DNA of 64,000 bases from an uncultured Flavobacteriaceae bacterium (lineage in GTDB: Bacteria; Bacteroidota; Bacteroidia; Flavobacteriales; Flavobacteriaceae), in the NCBI GenBank assembly GCA_963799365.1, contig CAWCWV010000017.1, forward strand, positions 199,342 through 263,341, written 5' to 3'. Numbering within the stretch: position 1 is the stretch's first letter; each line of letters opens with the position of its first letter. The position numbers were made by a program, and so were the translations under genes. Below, one piece after another: positions 1-9,903 of the stretch. Under the pieces are notes generated by a model. That model worked only from the letters and a program-made list of their open reading frames with translations, did not search any database and had not been told where the DNA came from.

Positions 1-1047
1 TGCGCCAACATGAACGTGAGCAATAACCCAATCACTAAAATGCGCAATTGCATTTACGTTCTTGAGCGATAACATAGGCCCTTCAAACGTCGCCATTCCA
101 TAACCTGTAATCGCCACTACCATAAACTTTAGCACAGGATCTGTACGCACTTTATCCCACGCACCACGAAGGGTTAATAATCCGTTAATCATTCCACCCC
201 ATGAAGGTGCAAGTAGCATTATGGAAAATGCTACTCCTAAATTTTGCGCCCAATCTGGTAAAGATGAATACAATAAATGATGAGGTCCCGCCCAGATATA
301 AATGAAAATGAGGGACCAAAAGTGAACAATGGAAAGCCTGTAAGAATAAACGGGTCTATTGGCTGCCTTTGGAACAAAATAATACATAAGCCCAAGGAAA
401 GGAGTAGTTAAGAAGAAGGCTACCGCGTTGTGCCCATACCACCATTGTACCAGGGCATCCTGCACACCTGCATAGACCGAGTAACTCTTTAAAGCACTCA
501 CAGGAATTTCAATACTGTTTACTATATGAAGTACGGCTACTGTAACAAAGGTGGCTAGGTAAAACCAGATGGCTACATACAAATGCCGTTGTCTTCTTTT
601 TATAATAGTCCCAATTAAGTTGGCTCCAAAGGCTACCCAGATAACAGCAATGGCAATATCGAACGGCCACTCCAATTCTGCATATTCTTTAGATGTTGTG
701 TACCCTAATGGCAGCGTAATGGCAGCTCCAACAATAATGGCCTGCCAACCCCAAAAATTTAAATTACTCAACCAGTTTTTCCACATTCTGGCTTTTAATA
801 ATCGCTGGGTAGAATAATAAACACCAGCAAAAATGGCGTTCCCTACAAAGGCAAATATTACCGCATTGGTGTGCAAAGGACGTAAACGACCAAAACTTAG
901 CCAGGATATGCCATCGGTCATATTCGGAAATAGAAACATAAAAGCCAAAAGCAAGCCTATGCTCATTCCCACAATACCCCAAAGCATCGTAGCTACAATA
1001 AATTTTCTAACAATTTTATTATCATAGTAGAATTTTTCAACTTCCAT
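1..1047 (-). CDS. ccoN: cbb3-type cytochrome c oxidase subunit I (CcoN or fused CcoNO), N-terminal part; continues past the window start
   Basis: Manual minus-strand translation from ATG at 1047 gives [42 protein letters not shown]...[37 protein letters not shown]. The frame is open to position 1. The heme-copper oxidase subunit I helix pattern is present. The gene starts 2 nt after the ccoS stop. It is absent from the ORF track because it is truncated. Confidence 0.8.
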   Translation of the reverse strand, partial: MEVEKFYYDNKIVRKFIVATMLWGIVGMSIGLLLAFMFLFPNMTDGISWLSFGRLRPLHTNAVIFAFVGNAIFAGVYYSTQRLLKARMWKNWLSNLNFWGWQAIIVGAAITLPLGYTTSKEYAELEWPFDIAIAVIWVAFGANLIGTIIKRRQRHLYVAIWFYLATFVTVAVLHIVNSIEIPVSALKSYSVYAGVQDALVQWWYGHNAVAFFLTTPFLGLMYYFVPKAANRPVYSYRLSIVHFWSLIFIYIWAGPHHLLYSSLPDWAQNLGVAFSIMLLAPSWGGMINGLLTLRGAWDKVRTDPVLKFMVVAITGYGMATFEGPMLSLKNVNAIAHFSDWVIAHVHVGA

Positions 1048-1049
1048 AA

Positions 1050-1298
1050 TTATGCGTCTTTTGTATTTAAATTGGTTGGATTTTTTTCTAAGATATCTGT
1101 TGCCTCAGTTAAGGTTTCAGAAGGTAATTTTGTGGTGGAAGGAGTTTCCTCTTTTACAATTTCGTCTTCGAAAAGCATTCGTACGGAAGGCGTGTAAGTA
1201 TCGTCATACTGACCGCTTTTTACTGAAACAATAAAGGCTATAAAAAAGAGAATGGCGACAATAACGCTTATCGCCAGCAATACATAAATAATATTCAT
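1050..1298 (-). CDS. ccoS: cbb3 oxidase maturation protein CcoS/FixS
   Basis: 82 aa with a single N-terminal TM helix followed by SGQYDD, typical of CcoS. It lies immediately upstream of ccoN. Confidence 0.7.
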   Translation of the reverse strand: MNIIYVLLAISVIVAILFFIAFIVSVKSGQYDDTYTPSVRMLFEDEIVKEETPSTTKLPSETLTEATDILEKNPTNLNTKDA

Positions 1299-1348
1299 AC
1301 CTAACTGAATTATGGTGTAAAAATAATTGCGACCGCTTTCTTAAAATA

Positions 1349-1360
1349 TGACGAATGTCA
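1349..1360 (-). promoter_or_regulatory. FNR/FixK/CRP-like palindromic box TGACGAATGTCA
   Basis: Intergenic between the pdxH stop (1378) and the ccoS start (1298). On the minus strand it lies 23 nt upstream of TATTTTTA (a -7-like element). Confidence 0.65.
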
Positions 1361-1377
1361 GTTTTGGGATTTTTGTA

Positions 1378-1968
1378 TTATTCAGGAAGAAAGAAAATTG
1401 TTTTTTCCCAATCGGGATACTCGCGTAAAACGTATGTAGTAAAAGTAATCGCATTTTCAGAAGATTCTTCAAACACTATCTTAACAGGTCTCACCATATA
1501 CCCACCCCATTGCGCTGGTTTTTCTATGAATACATTTGCAAACAAATCTTCAAAGTGAGCATAACGTTCCTCTAGTGCTGCTCTAGATGCTATGAGTTCG
1601 CTTTGCTGCGATGCCCAAGCACTCAATTGACTCCCGCGAGGGCGAGCTTCAAAATAAGCTTCAGATTGTGCTTTGCTTATTTTTTCTGCTGTTCCTAAAA
1701 TCGTGATACGTTTGTTTGCTTTTTCCCACGGAAATGAAAGGCAAACTTTATTGTTTTTGGCTATCGCTTTTCCTTTTGAACTGCTGTACTGTGTATAGAA
1801 GATAAAGCCTTCCCAAGTATATTGCTTTAAAAGAACCATTCTCGTTTTAGGAAAGCCATCTGTTTCTAAAGTCGTTAATGCGATTGCATTGACTTCAATT
1901 TCTGGAAATTTGTCTTTTACGACACAAAACCATTGATGAAAATGCTGTATAGGATTTGGATCATTCAT
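1378..1968 (-). CDS. pdxH: pyridoxamine 5'-phosphate oxidase
   Basis: Aligns from memory to E. coli PdxH (RMVLLK..GFIFYT, EARPRGSQLSAWASQQS, WGGY). The ORF track extends to 1989, but the likely start is MNDPNP at 1968, which overlaps the ccoI stop by 8 nt. Confidence 0.8.
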   Translation of the reverse strand: MNDPNPIQHFHQWFCVVKDKFPEIEVNAIALTTLETDGFPKTRMVLLKQYTWEGFIFYTQYSSSKGKAIAKNNKVCLSFPWEKANKRITILGTAEKISKAQSEAYFEARPRGSQLSAWASQQSELIASRAALEERYAHFEDLFANVFIEKPAQWGGYMVRPVKIVFEESSENAITFTTYVLREYPDWEKTIFFLPE

Positions 1969-4366
1969 CCTCCATAGTTGAACCTGCATACCATCGCACC
2001 ATGAGCGTTGTAAACACTACAATACTAATAGAACTCAATGGCATTAAAATTGCCGCCACCACAGGCTTTAAATGGCCTGTTACTGCAAATGCAAGCCCGA
2101 TAACGTTGTAACAAAGTGAAAAAAGAAAACTCCATTTAATGATTTGAACACCTCTTTTTGATGCATCTAGGATATTAGGAATCGCACTAAATACACTAGC
2201 ATCCAAAATCCCATCACAGGCGGGTGTAAAAACGTTTGTGTTTTCTGAAATAGCAATACCTACATTACTTTGTTTTAAAGCTCCAGCATCATTAAGACCG
2301 TCACCAACCATTAATACAGTCTTGCCTTTTTCCTGTAACCTTTTAATAAACTGTAGTTTGTGTTCTGGCTTCTGATTGAAATAAAATTCTGTTCCTTCAG
2401 GTAGTAACTGAGACAGGTTTTCCAGCTCGCCATCATTATCTCCAGAGAGTATGATAAGGCTGTAGTTTTTTGCTACCCTTCGCATTGTATCTGTAATCCC
2501 TATTCGGTACGTATTATTAAATACATAACGGCCTTTATAGGTTTCGTTACTACTAATGTGAATGGCAGTTTGTTGTTTATTATTTAACAACGGATTTTCT
2601 GAATCTGCGTCCGTGACAAAATTATAGGAGCCTATTTTAATTTTATTTTGGGCTGTCCTGGCTGAAATACCTTTCCCAATAATCTCCTCATAATCATCTA
2701 ACAAGTCGATATTATTTTTTTGAAGCAATTTATACAATGCCCTACTTAATGGATGATTTGAACCTCGTAATGAAGATGATAAGAGTGTTGCCTCTTCTTC
2801 GGAAAGTGTTATTCCTTCATAGTTTATATGGTTTTTATGCGTAGCGGTAAGCGTTCCCGTTTTGTCGAATACCAATGTGTCTATCTTTGCCATTTGTTCA
2901 ATAACCGAAGGCTCTTTTAAATAACATTTCCTCTTTCCGAAGAGTCGCAAAACATTACCTAGTGTAAAAGGAGCCGCAAGAGCAATGGCGCATGGACAGG
3001 CAATAATTAATACGGCTGTAAATACGTTGAAAGCCTTTGTTGGATCGTACACAAGCCAAAATAGTGTAGCCAAAAAGGCAATGCTTAACACTGCCACGGT
3101 AAATTGTTTACTAATTCCATCTGTGATCGATTGAAAAGCGCTTTTTTGGGTTTTACTGAAAATTTCGTTACTCCACAACTGGGTGAGGTAGCTTTGTGAA
3201 ACTGGTTTTAAAACTTCAATTTCCAGAACACCACCTTGCTGCTTTCCGCCGGCATATACACTATCTCCAGACAATTTTGATACGGGAACCGCTTCTCCCG
3301 TGACAAAACTATAATCAATAAGTGCATCTCCCTTTAATAGTACTGCATCTACAGGAATAAGTTCGTTATTACGAATTAGCAATCGGTCGCCCCTTTGTAT
3401 GAGATGGACTTCGGTTTGTACTTCGGAATAGGTTCCCTTCTCCTTTTTAACAAGCTGGGTTACTGCCATGGGAAAATAGGACTTGTAATCCCGCTCAAAC
3501 GAAAGATAGGCGTAGGTTTTCTGCTGAAAGAATTTACCGAGCAATAAAAAAAAGATTAAGCCCGTGAGGCTGTCGAAAAACCCTGAACCGGTATCAAAAA
3601 CGATATCCAGGGTACTCCTTATAAATAATACCGAAATACCCAATGCTATAGGCACATCTATATTTAATATCCGAGAACGCAGTCCTTTATAGGCAGAAAT
3701 AAAATAATCCTGTCCCGAATAAAAAACTACAGGAAGTGAAAACGCAAACATTAACCAGCGGAAAATATGTTTAAATTGGTCCAGCCAGAATTCGGTTTCT
3801 TCGAAGTATTCGGGAAAAGAAAGAAACATCACATTTCCGAAAGCAAAACCAGCAACTCCTACTTTATAGATAAGTGTTTTGTTATGGTTTCGTTTTTTGG
3901 GCTGGGCATCGTCTAGAGAAATGTAGGGTTCGTAGCCTATTTTTGACAATAAATGTACCAGCTGTTTTAAATCTACCTTTTCCGATGAAAAAGTAATCCG
4001 TACTGTTTTTTCAGGAAAGTTTACTTGCGACGTATATACGGCAGGGTTTAATTTATTTAAATTTTCAAGTACCCAAATACAAGAGCTGCAATGAATGGAT
4101 GGAATTAAAAAGGAAACCACTTGGGTACCACCTTCATCAAATTCTAATAATTTTTTTGCAATTTCTGGGTTCTCCAGAAAATCGAATTTGGCTTCGCTTG
4201 GTTTGGGAGACGTACCTGGCGTTTTTTCTAAATTGTAATAATGTCCAAGATCGTTGTCATTCAAAATATCATAGACGGTCTTGCAGCCAAAACAGCAGAA
4301 GTTTTTGTCCATGTGTAAAATTAACGCTTCTTCGCAGGGATCCCCGCAATGGTAGCATGATGTCAT
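1961..4366 (-). CDS. ccoI: heavy-metal (copper) translocating P1B-type ATPase, CcoI/FixI type
   Basis: 801 aa with an N-terminal CxxC-rich region (MTSCYHCGDPC, CCFGC), a CPC motif (ACPCAIALAAP), DKTGTLT and GDGLNDAGAL. It sits in a cco gene context. Confidence 0.85.
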   Translation of the reverse strand: MTSCYHCGDPCEEALILHMDKNFCCFGCKTVYDILNDNDLGHYYNLEKTPGTSPKPSEAKFDFLENPEIAKKLLEFDEGGTQVVSFLIPSIHCSSCIWVLENLNKLNPAVYTSQVNFPEKTVRITFSSEKVDLKQLVHLLSKIGYEPYISLDDAQPKKRNHNKTLIYKVGVAGFAFGNVMFLSFPEYFEETEFWLDQFKHIFRWLMFAFSLPVVFYSGQDYFISAYKGLRSRILNIDVPIALGISVLFIRSTLDIVFDTGSGFFDSLTGLIFFLLLGKFFQQKTYAYLSFERDYKSYFPMAVTQLVKKEKGTYSEVQTEVHLIQRGDRLLIRNNELIPVDAVLLKGDALIDYSFVTGEAVPVSKLSGDSVYAGGKQQGGVLEIEVLKPVSQSYLTQLWSNEIFSKTQKSAFQSITDGISKQFTVAVLSIAFLATLFWLVYDPTKAFNVFTAVLIIACPCAIALAAPFTLGNVLRLFGKRKCYLKEPSVIEQMAKIDTLVFDKTGTLTATHKNHINYEGITLSEEEATLLSSSLRGSNHPLSRALYKLLQKNNIDLLDDYEEIIGKGISARTAQNKIKIGSYNFVTDADSENPLLNNKQQTAIHISSNETYKGRYVFNNTYRIGITDTMRRVAKNYSLIILSGDNDGELENLSQLLPEGTEFYFNQKPEHKLQFIKRLQEKGKTVLMVGDGLNDAGALKQSNVGIAISENTNVFTPACDGILDASVFSAIPNILDASKRGVQIIKWSFLFSLCYNVIGLAFAVTGHLKPVVAAILMPLSSISIVVFTTLMVRWYAGSTMEDE

Positions 4367-4428
4367 ACCTATTTAAATTTACTCATTATACCTTTTACAA
4401 AGATTGAAAACGATAAAGATTCAAAAAA

Positions 4429-4440
4429 TGATATTTGTCA
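4429..4440 (-). promoter_or_regulatory. FNR/FixK/CRP-like palindromic box TGATATTTGTCA
   Basis: 63 nt upstream of the ccoI start. On the minus strand it lies 23 nt upstream of AATCTTTG (a -7-like element). Confidence 0.6.
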
Positions 4441-4482
4441 GCTACAGCAAATTACCTCAAAGAAAGTATATTATAAAAGCAC

Positions 4483-4629
4483 TTAGCTATTAAAACGCTT
4501 TTTAGATTCCCGCTCCAAAGCTTCCCTATGGTCTGGATGGGCAATAGAAATAAGCGCTTTTGCCCTTTGTTCCAGTCCTTTTCCAAAAAGATTTACTACT
4601 CCAAATTCTGTCACTACATAATGCACATG
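4483..4629 (-). pseudogene. C-terminal fragment of an acetyl-CoA hydrolase/transferase family gene, cut off by the IS3 insertion
   Basis: Manual translation gives [48 protein letters not shown]. This continues ...VTTTRAH of ORF 6042..7181 exactly once the IS is removed. Confidence 0.85.
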
Positions 4630-4737
4630 TGTATTATACTGAAATAGGTTGACTCTTTTTTAGTTAATATTTCCACGTTCAAAAGATTTTTTTCAGCCGT
4701 TTGGAAGGCAAAAAAATAGTTTGAACTAGGTCTGTTC

Positions 4738-5634
4738 TTAAATCGTTAGTTCAGGTAAATTTACATTATTTTTTCTATAGGATTTGTATTTGATATTTGG
4801 ATTTGAATGGACTTCAGCTGGTTTTCTTAAATCCAGGCTAAAATGGGTTCTTAGATTGTTATAGATATATACGGCTTGCTGCGTCATTTTCTGCGCTAAA
4901 TCCGTGTTTTTAATGGTTTGTTTAAGTCCGTACTCATATTTCAATGTTCTGTTAATTCGTTCTGCCACAGCATTTTCATATGGGTCGTATTGTTCTGTCA
5001 TACTCATTGTAATGCTGTTGTTTTCTGCAAATTTCGTGTACTTTGGATTGCAGTACTGGAACCCTCTGTCAGAATGATGGATCAATTTTTGCTTAGGATA
5101 TTTTCTGTTTTTAATGGCCATAGCGAGCGCATCTGTGCAAAGGGATGTTCTCATATGGTCATCGAGTTTATAGCCCATGATTTGCTTGGAATAGGCGTCT
5201 GTCACAAGTGCTAAATAATTGTGTCCATTTTCAGTTTTGATGTATGTAATATCGCTTACCCATAGCTGTTCTGGACGATTGGGGACTTGGTCTTTTACGA
5301 GGTTCTTATATTTTTTGTACATATGGTTTGAGTTTGTTGTGGTGATATAGTTTTTTGTTTTAGGAACCAGTAGCTTATTAAGTCTTAAGAAGCGATAGAA
5401 CTTATCTCTACCTATCTTAATATCAGCGTTTATGAAGTCTTGCTTTAGTTCAGAATGTAATTTTATTCCACCGGTTTTAGACCCTACTTTTTTACGGTAG
5501 TCCTTGACCATTTTTATTAGTTTTTGATGGTCTATCTGTTGTATTCGTTGGATTTTGAGCCTTTTGTAGTAGGCTTGTTTAGAGATTCCAAGGCACTGAT
5601 AGATCCATTTTCTTTTAAACGGTTTTTCTTTTTT
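4738..5634 (-). CDS. IS3 transposase OrfB (DDE integrase core), probably expressed as an OrfAB fusion by -1 frameshift
   Basis: rve-type motifs are present (WVSDITYI, HHSDRGFQY, YDPYENAVAERIN). The frame is open upstream of the first Met (5511) as far as the A_AAA_AAG heptamer, which reads CTTTTTT on the plus strand at 5628-5634. The -1 frame reads KKEKPFKRKWIYQCLGISKQAYYKRL. Confidence 0.85.
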   Translation of the reverse strand, partial: KKEKPFKRKWIYQCLGISKQAYYKRLKIQRIQQIDHQKLIKMVKDYRKKVGSKTGGIKLHSELKQDFINADIKIGRDKFYRFLRLNKLLVPKTKNYITTTNSNHMYKKYKNLVKDQVPNRPEQLWVSDITYIKTENGHNYLALVTDAYSKQIMGYKLDDHMRTSLCTDALAMAIKNRKYPKQKLIHHSDRGFQYCNPKYTKFAENNSITMSMTEQYDPYENAVAERINRTLKYEYGLKQTIKNTDLAQKMTQQAVYIYNNLRTHFSLDLRKPAEVHSNPNIKYKSYRKNNVNLPELTI

Positions 5635-5990
5635 CGTTCTATCTCTTTCGCGAGTGACTTGGGCAAGGACTTTTTTGACATATCGACGCCTGTAATGAGT
5701 TCCATGTCAGCTATAATATCTTGTTGAAAGTCCTTTACGAACTCAAGCTCTTCAATCTTTTCCTTAAGTTTTTTTATCTCGTCGTTTTTGCTCATACCTG
5801 TGTTTTGTTGTACTAAGGTACTGTATTTTCTCAACCAATAGGTAATGGTGGTTCTAGGGACATCATACTTTTTAGAAGCGAAGTTTGTCGATAGTTGTCC
5901 GTTTAGGATTTGGTCAACGACTAAAAGTTTGGTCTCTAAAGTTGCTTTTTGGTAGCTTTTTTTTAGCCAGTGTTCTTTTTTTGGTTTCAT
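5532..5990 (-). CDS. IS3 transposase OrfA (HTH)
   Basis: 152 aa with an N-terminal HTH (KYDVPRTTITYWLRKY) and a coiled-coil/leucine-zipper-like region. It contains CGA AAA AAG in the zero frame. Confidence 0.85.
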   Translation of the reverse strand: MKPKKEHWLKKSYQKATLETKLLVVDQILNGQLSTNFASKKYDVPRTTITYWLRKYSTLVQQNTGMSKNDEIKKLKEKIEELEFVKDFQQDIIADMELITGVDMSKKSLPKSLAKEIERKKKNRLKENGSISALESLNKPTTKGSKSNEYNR

Positions 5991-6041
5991 AAGTGACTGT
6001 AATTAATTGATTAATTTTTAGTCAACCTATTTCAGGAAAGT

Positions 6042-7181
6042 TCAATGTGCACGTGTCGTAGTAACACTGGCACCCTCTTTCAAAAAAGGAGTGATTTTGG
6101 ATAGTCCTTTATTAGTGACTGAGGGCATTGCTATGATTGGCTTGCCTCCTTTTGAAAGCGATGCACCACGAATAAAATCCATTTGTCCTCCAACCCCTGA
6201 ATATTGATAAGCTCCAATGGAATCTGCACACACCTGCCCTGTAAGATCAATTTCAATAGCACTATTAATAGCGGTTACTTTTGGGTTTTGTCTAATAATG
6301 GCTGTGTCATTGGTGTATCCCGCTTCTTTGAAGTGAAATATAGGATTGTCATCCACAAAATCATACAATTTCTGGGTTCCCATGGCAAAGCAGGTAACGA
6401 TTTTTCCTGTTTTTATTTCTTTATCTTCTCCCGTAATAATTCCGTTTTCAACAAGTGGTAAAATTCCATCGCTGAACATTTCGGTATGAATCCCTAATCG
6501 CTTGTGGTTTGTAAGATTACTTAGCACAGCATTCGGAATATTACCTATGCCCATTTGTAGTGTGGCTCCATCTTCAATAATACCAGCAATGTGTTTGCCA
6601 ATGGTTATCTCGGTTGGGGTTGGGTCGGTTAGGATAGAGGCATGGATTGGGGTATCTATTTCAACACCATAGGTGATCTTACTTACATGTATAATACCGT
6701 CTCCATGGGTTCTTGGCACCCTGGGGTTGATAAGTGCTATTACTTTTTTTGCTGTTTGAATTGCCGGCAAGGTGATGTCTACTGAAACCCCCAAAGAACA
6801 ATACCCATGAGGATCGGGTGGGGAAACCTGAATAAATGCAACATCCAGAGGCAGAATATTTCTTCTAAACAACCAATGAATTTCACTCAAAAATACTGGA
6901 ATATAATCTCCTCTATGCGAGGCAATCCCTTGCCGCACATTATTCCCAACAAAACAACTGCTTAGCTGAAACGCATTCGAGTAGGGTGCCCGGGTATATT
7001 TGGCATCGCCGTGGGTATGAATTTGGATAATTTCTACATTTTCTAATTCTTGATAGCGCTCACATAAAGAATCTATCAATAGATTTGGAGTCATGGCAGC
7101 TCCCTGAAAAAAGATTCGATCATTAGATTTAACTACTGAAACTGCCTCCTGGGGCGTAACTAATTGCAACGATTTTGACAT
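6042..7181 (-). pseudogene. acetyl-CoA hydrolase/transferase family protein (4-hydroxybutyrate CoA-transferase-like), N-terminal 379 codons, truncated by IS3
   Basis: Family-typical GIGNIPNAV and GGQMDF motifs are present. The stop codon TGA is supplied by the IS terminus. The remainder of the gene is at 4483..4629. Confidence 0.8.
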
Positions 7182-7196
7182 AACTATATGTATAAT

Positions 7197-7799
7197 TTAA
7201 AGTGCTGAAACATTCATAAGTGAAACTAAATCTTCTATAATAGCCACTCCTTTATCATTATTATACCAAAATTGAAGGTCTTTTTTAAAATCTGCATCCA
7301 GTTGCCCGTGAAGGTTCTTGTAGTTAATAACCAATTGAGTAGCTTTAAAAGATCGCGGACCCCAGGTAGTTATTAGTTCGTTGTTACTGTCTAGTATGAT
7401 TAATATAGGAATAGACTGAGAGCCATTCGTAAGAAATGAATTCATTAAATCCTCATTAACATCGCGGAGGAGTAGCTTTAGCTGTATGTTTTCATTGAGG
7501 CTTGCCATTTTATTTAAAAATGGAATTGATTGGGCAGCATCTCCACACCAGGTTTCAGTAATTACCAACCATGTTTGAGGTGTTTCCACATTGCTAAATG
7601 TGGCTATGGCACTTGCTGAGAGCGTCGCTGTTTTATCCAGTCTCTTTGTCCTGCTCCAATTGAGTTTGGTAAAATCTATTTTTTCAGGACTTTGCTCGTT
7701 TCCAGTAGTTCTTTCTTCTTCAACCAATTGTTTAAAAAGCAGATTATATTCGGGATACGAAATTGCTTTGTCTATGTATTCTTTAAATGTATATTTCAT
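7197..7799 (-). CDS. thioredoxin-fold family protein (single-Cys WCGD motif)
   Basis: 200 aa. TETWCGDAAQSIP sits at the thioredoxin active-site position, followed by IPILIILD. Confidence 0.55.
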   Translation of the reverse strand: MKYTFKEYIDKAISYPEYNLLFKQLVEEERTTGNEQSPEKIDFTKLNWSRTKRLDKTATLSASAIATFSNVETPQTWLVITETWCGDAAQSIPFLNKMASLNENIQLKLLLRDVNEDLMNSFLTNGSQSIPILIILDSNNELITTWGPRSFKATQLVINYKNLHGQLDADFKKDLQFWYNNDKGVAIIEDLVSLMNVSAL

Positions 7800-8133
7800 A
7801 TACTGTTGTTGTAATAATTTTCTCAGGTAAAAAATTTTAATTCCTACTGGTTCTTATAAAACTTGTTCGGTCTCAAAATAAGTAAGCGAATGTAATTATT
7901 GCTTAGTTCGTTTAAAAATCCTTTCGCATTACTTTCCGCTTAATAAAAAAGAGCGGTACTATTACCCAAAGCAGCTTCATCTGCAGAAAAAATAGATATA
8001 GCATCGTAATTTAATGCCAGCATCGCCGTTTTTGAAGTAAGACGCTTCTCTGTAAAAGTCATTTTATGTGTACCTGTATTCGCTTCCTCAAGCAAGGGAA
8101 TCTCAAAGGGTTTGGCACTATAAATTAATACTT

Positions 8134-8769
8134 TTATTCTTTGACTAATAAGAGATTGTTCTCTTCCAAATTTTTGAAAAGCACTGTAATATAACTGTTA
8201 ATATTTCGATTTACTCTATTGCCATCTACCAATTCAATTTCCCCGCTCCACAAGAGATCACGCTCTTTACCTGGGCAAATACAGTATAACGAAGTCTCTG
8301 TGGTGTAAACCTGATAACGCTCTTGCTTTTCTTTAAAATAGAGGTGTTGATTGCCATAATAGTAATCTTCAAAAGTTGGATAGTTATTAGAGAAGTTTTG
8401 GTAGGAATTTACCACAGTTACCCGACTTTCCTTTCCAGTAATTTTGGTGAAGAGAATAGCATCAAAACCAGCTTTTAATAGTTGATTTTCAATAGTGTTC
8501 AATTGTTGTATTGATTTTTTATTATCGGTAAATGATTTTTCAAAAAAGTCTATACTTTTAACACCAATAACACCTTCCTTCTCTAATGCATCTACCATCT
8601 TTTTTTCATAGGTACGGCGCAATTCTTTGTCTGCCGAAATACCAACAACAAGTACTTTATTTGCTTCAAAATTGATGGTCTCTGGATTTTTATATTCTTG
8701 GACCAATTTTGTTGAACTACAGCCCGATATAAAAATGGACACTAATAATAAAAGGGATAAAAATTTCAT
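8134..8769 (-). CDS. hypothetical lipoprotein
   Basis: Signal peptide with lipobox (LLLVSIFISGC). No family recognised. Confidence 0.5.
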   Translation of the reverse strand: MKFLSLLLLVSIFISGCSSTKLVQEYKNPETINFEANKVLVVGISADKELRRTYEKKMVDALEKEGVIGVKSIDFFEKSFTDNKKSIQQLNTIENQLLKAGFDAILFTKITGKESRVTVVNSYQNFSNNYPTFEDYYYGNQHLYFKEKQERYQVYTTETSLYCICPGKERDLLWSGEIELVDGNRVNRNINSYITVLFKNLEENNLLLVKE

Positions 8770-8849
8770 TTGGCTTGTTTTTTAGGAATAAGGTTAGACG
8801 CTTGTTTTAGCTAAATTTTTTAGAGTATTTTTTGTCACTACGCAGGTTG

Positions 8850-9287
8850 TTATGATAGTTTTTTTTGTTTGCTATGCTTTAAGAGGTCTGCGAGCATTTT
8901 AAAAATAATCCGCTTGGATTTCTTTACGTCTGCGTGGAAATCCATCATATCCATCATCAGTTTATAATGCGTATCCTTATAGTCCCTTAATTCGTTAGGA
9001 ATAGCTACCTCATCCATTAAAAATTGCAAGTTATTTGCATGATTTTTTAATCTCTTTAGTAAGAGAACTACCCTATTGTTATAGGTATGTAAGGTAGCTC
9101 CTATTGTAGATACCTGTTCGTAAGGTTTTCCATAAATGAGTTCTAATGTTCGGTTTGCTACAATTTCAGAAAGAAATCGTAATTCATCTTTTAAGAATAG
9201 CAATTCAGCTATAGCAATTACAACATCTTCATGTAATCCACTGGTATCAAGCCACTGAATGTATTTTATATGTGTTTTGTTTTTCAT
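8850..9287 (-). CDS. hypothetical protein, predicted all-helical and His-rich
   Basis: 145-aa ORF with no recognisable family. It lies downstream of a box-containing promoter at 9465-9507. Confidence 0.45.
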   Translation of the reverse strand: MKNKTHIKYIQWLDTSGLHEDVVIAIAELLFLKDELRFLSEIVANRTLELIYGKPYEQVSTIGATLHTYNNRVVLLLKRLKNHANNLQFLMDEVAIPNELRDYKDTHYKLMMDMMDFHADVKKSKRIIFKMLADLLKHSKQKKLS

Positions 9288-9495
9288 ATTTCAGGTATTG
9301 AGTAAGGCAGAAAATTATTCTCTTTCTGATAGCTGCTTCTCCAGAAAAATAAACTATCTCAATCCTTTTTTAGAGAATTACAATCTAGCATAGCTTTGAA
9401 TGAGTTGTAGCTTTACTAAAGATAAATGCGTTACTATTTTAAAGATTATTAGTCTTTACAAAAGTAAAAATAAGACACTCTAAAGCATTTGGAAA

Positions 9496-9507
9496 TGACA
9501 TTTGTCA
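9496..9507 (-). promoter_or_regulatory. FNR/FixK/CRP-like palindromic box TGACATTTGTCA
   Basis: On the minus strand it lies 23 nt upstream of TATTTTTA (plus coordinates 9465-9472). This is about 170 nt upstream of the start at 9287. Confidence 0.55.
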
Positions 9508-9903
9508 GTTTTGAATTGTTTAATCTGAAATTTTAACTACCCGTACACTACCTAATAGTTGAAGCAAGATTTAACGTGTTTGCTATAACTTTTTACTAAC
9601 AAGCAATAACATCAGCCTCTTCAAAAGGGCTTTATTATCTTCAGATGTGTTGGATATATTTAGTAGTGAACGATTATTTCTATCGTGATATTAAATTCTG
9701 GATATCCTAAAAAATTATGTGGGCATATTCAATTAATCGATAAAAGTGAAAGTATTAATCCGGAAGTTTAACACTGCTATTTTTTTACAGACTCTCCTAA
9801 TGAAGAAGAAGCTGTACCTATAAATAAAATGCAGCGATGAGATTTAGCTAACCCAAAAACTTTAAAGATTCAAATGGTTTTAGGGTGAAAACAGCAGAAA
9901 GTT

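Larger units (their letters stand above)
4630..6044 (-). mobile_element. IS3-family insertion sequence (1415 bp)
   Basis: Termini are TG...CA. The imperfect 25-bp terminal inverted repeats are TGTATTATACTGAAATAGGTTGACT and, at the other end in reverse complement, TGAACTTTCCTGAAATAGGTTGACT; the inner 15 bp are identical. A 3-bp direct repeat ATG flanks the element at 4627-4629 and 6045-6047. It carries an orfA/orfB pair with a slippery heptamer. Confidence 0.9.

Noticed and set aside
7940-8130. 40-codon minus-strand ORF (MTFTEKRLTSKTAMLALNYDAISIFSADEAALGNSTALFY)
   Set aside because: It is too short, has no recognisable family and no clear promoter. It may be a gene remnant but is unsupported.
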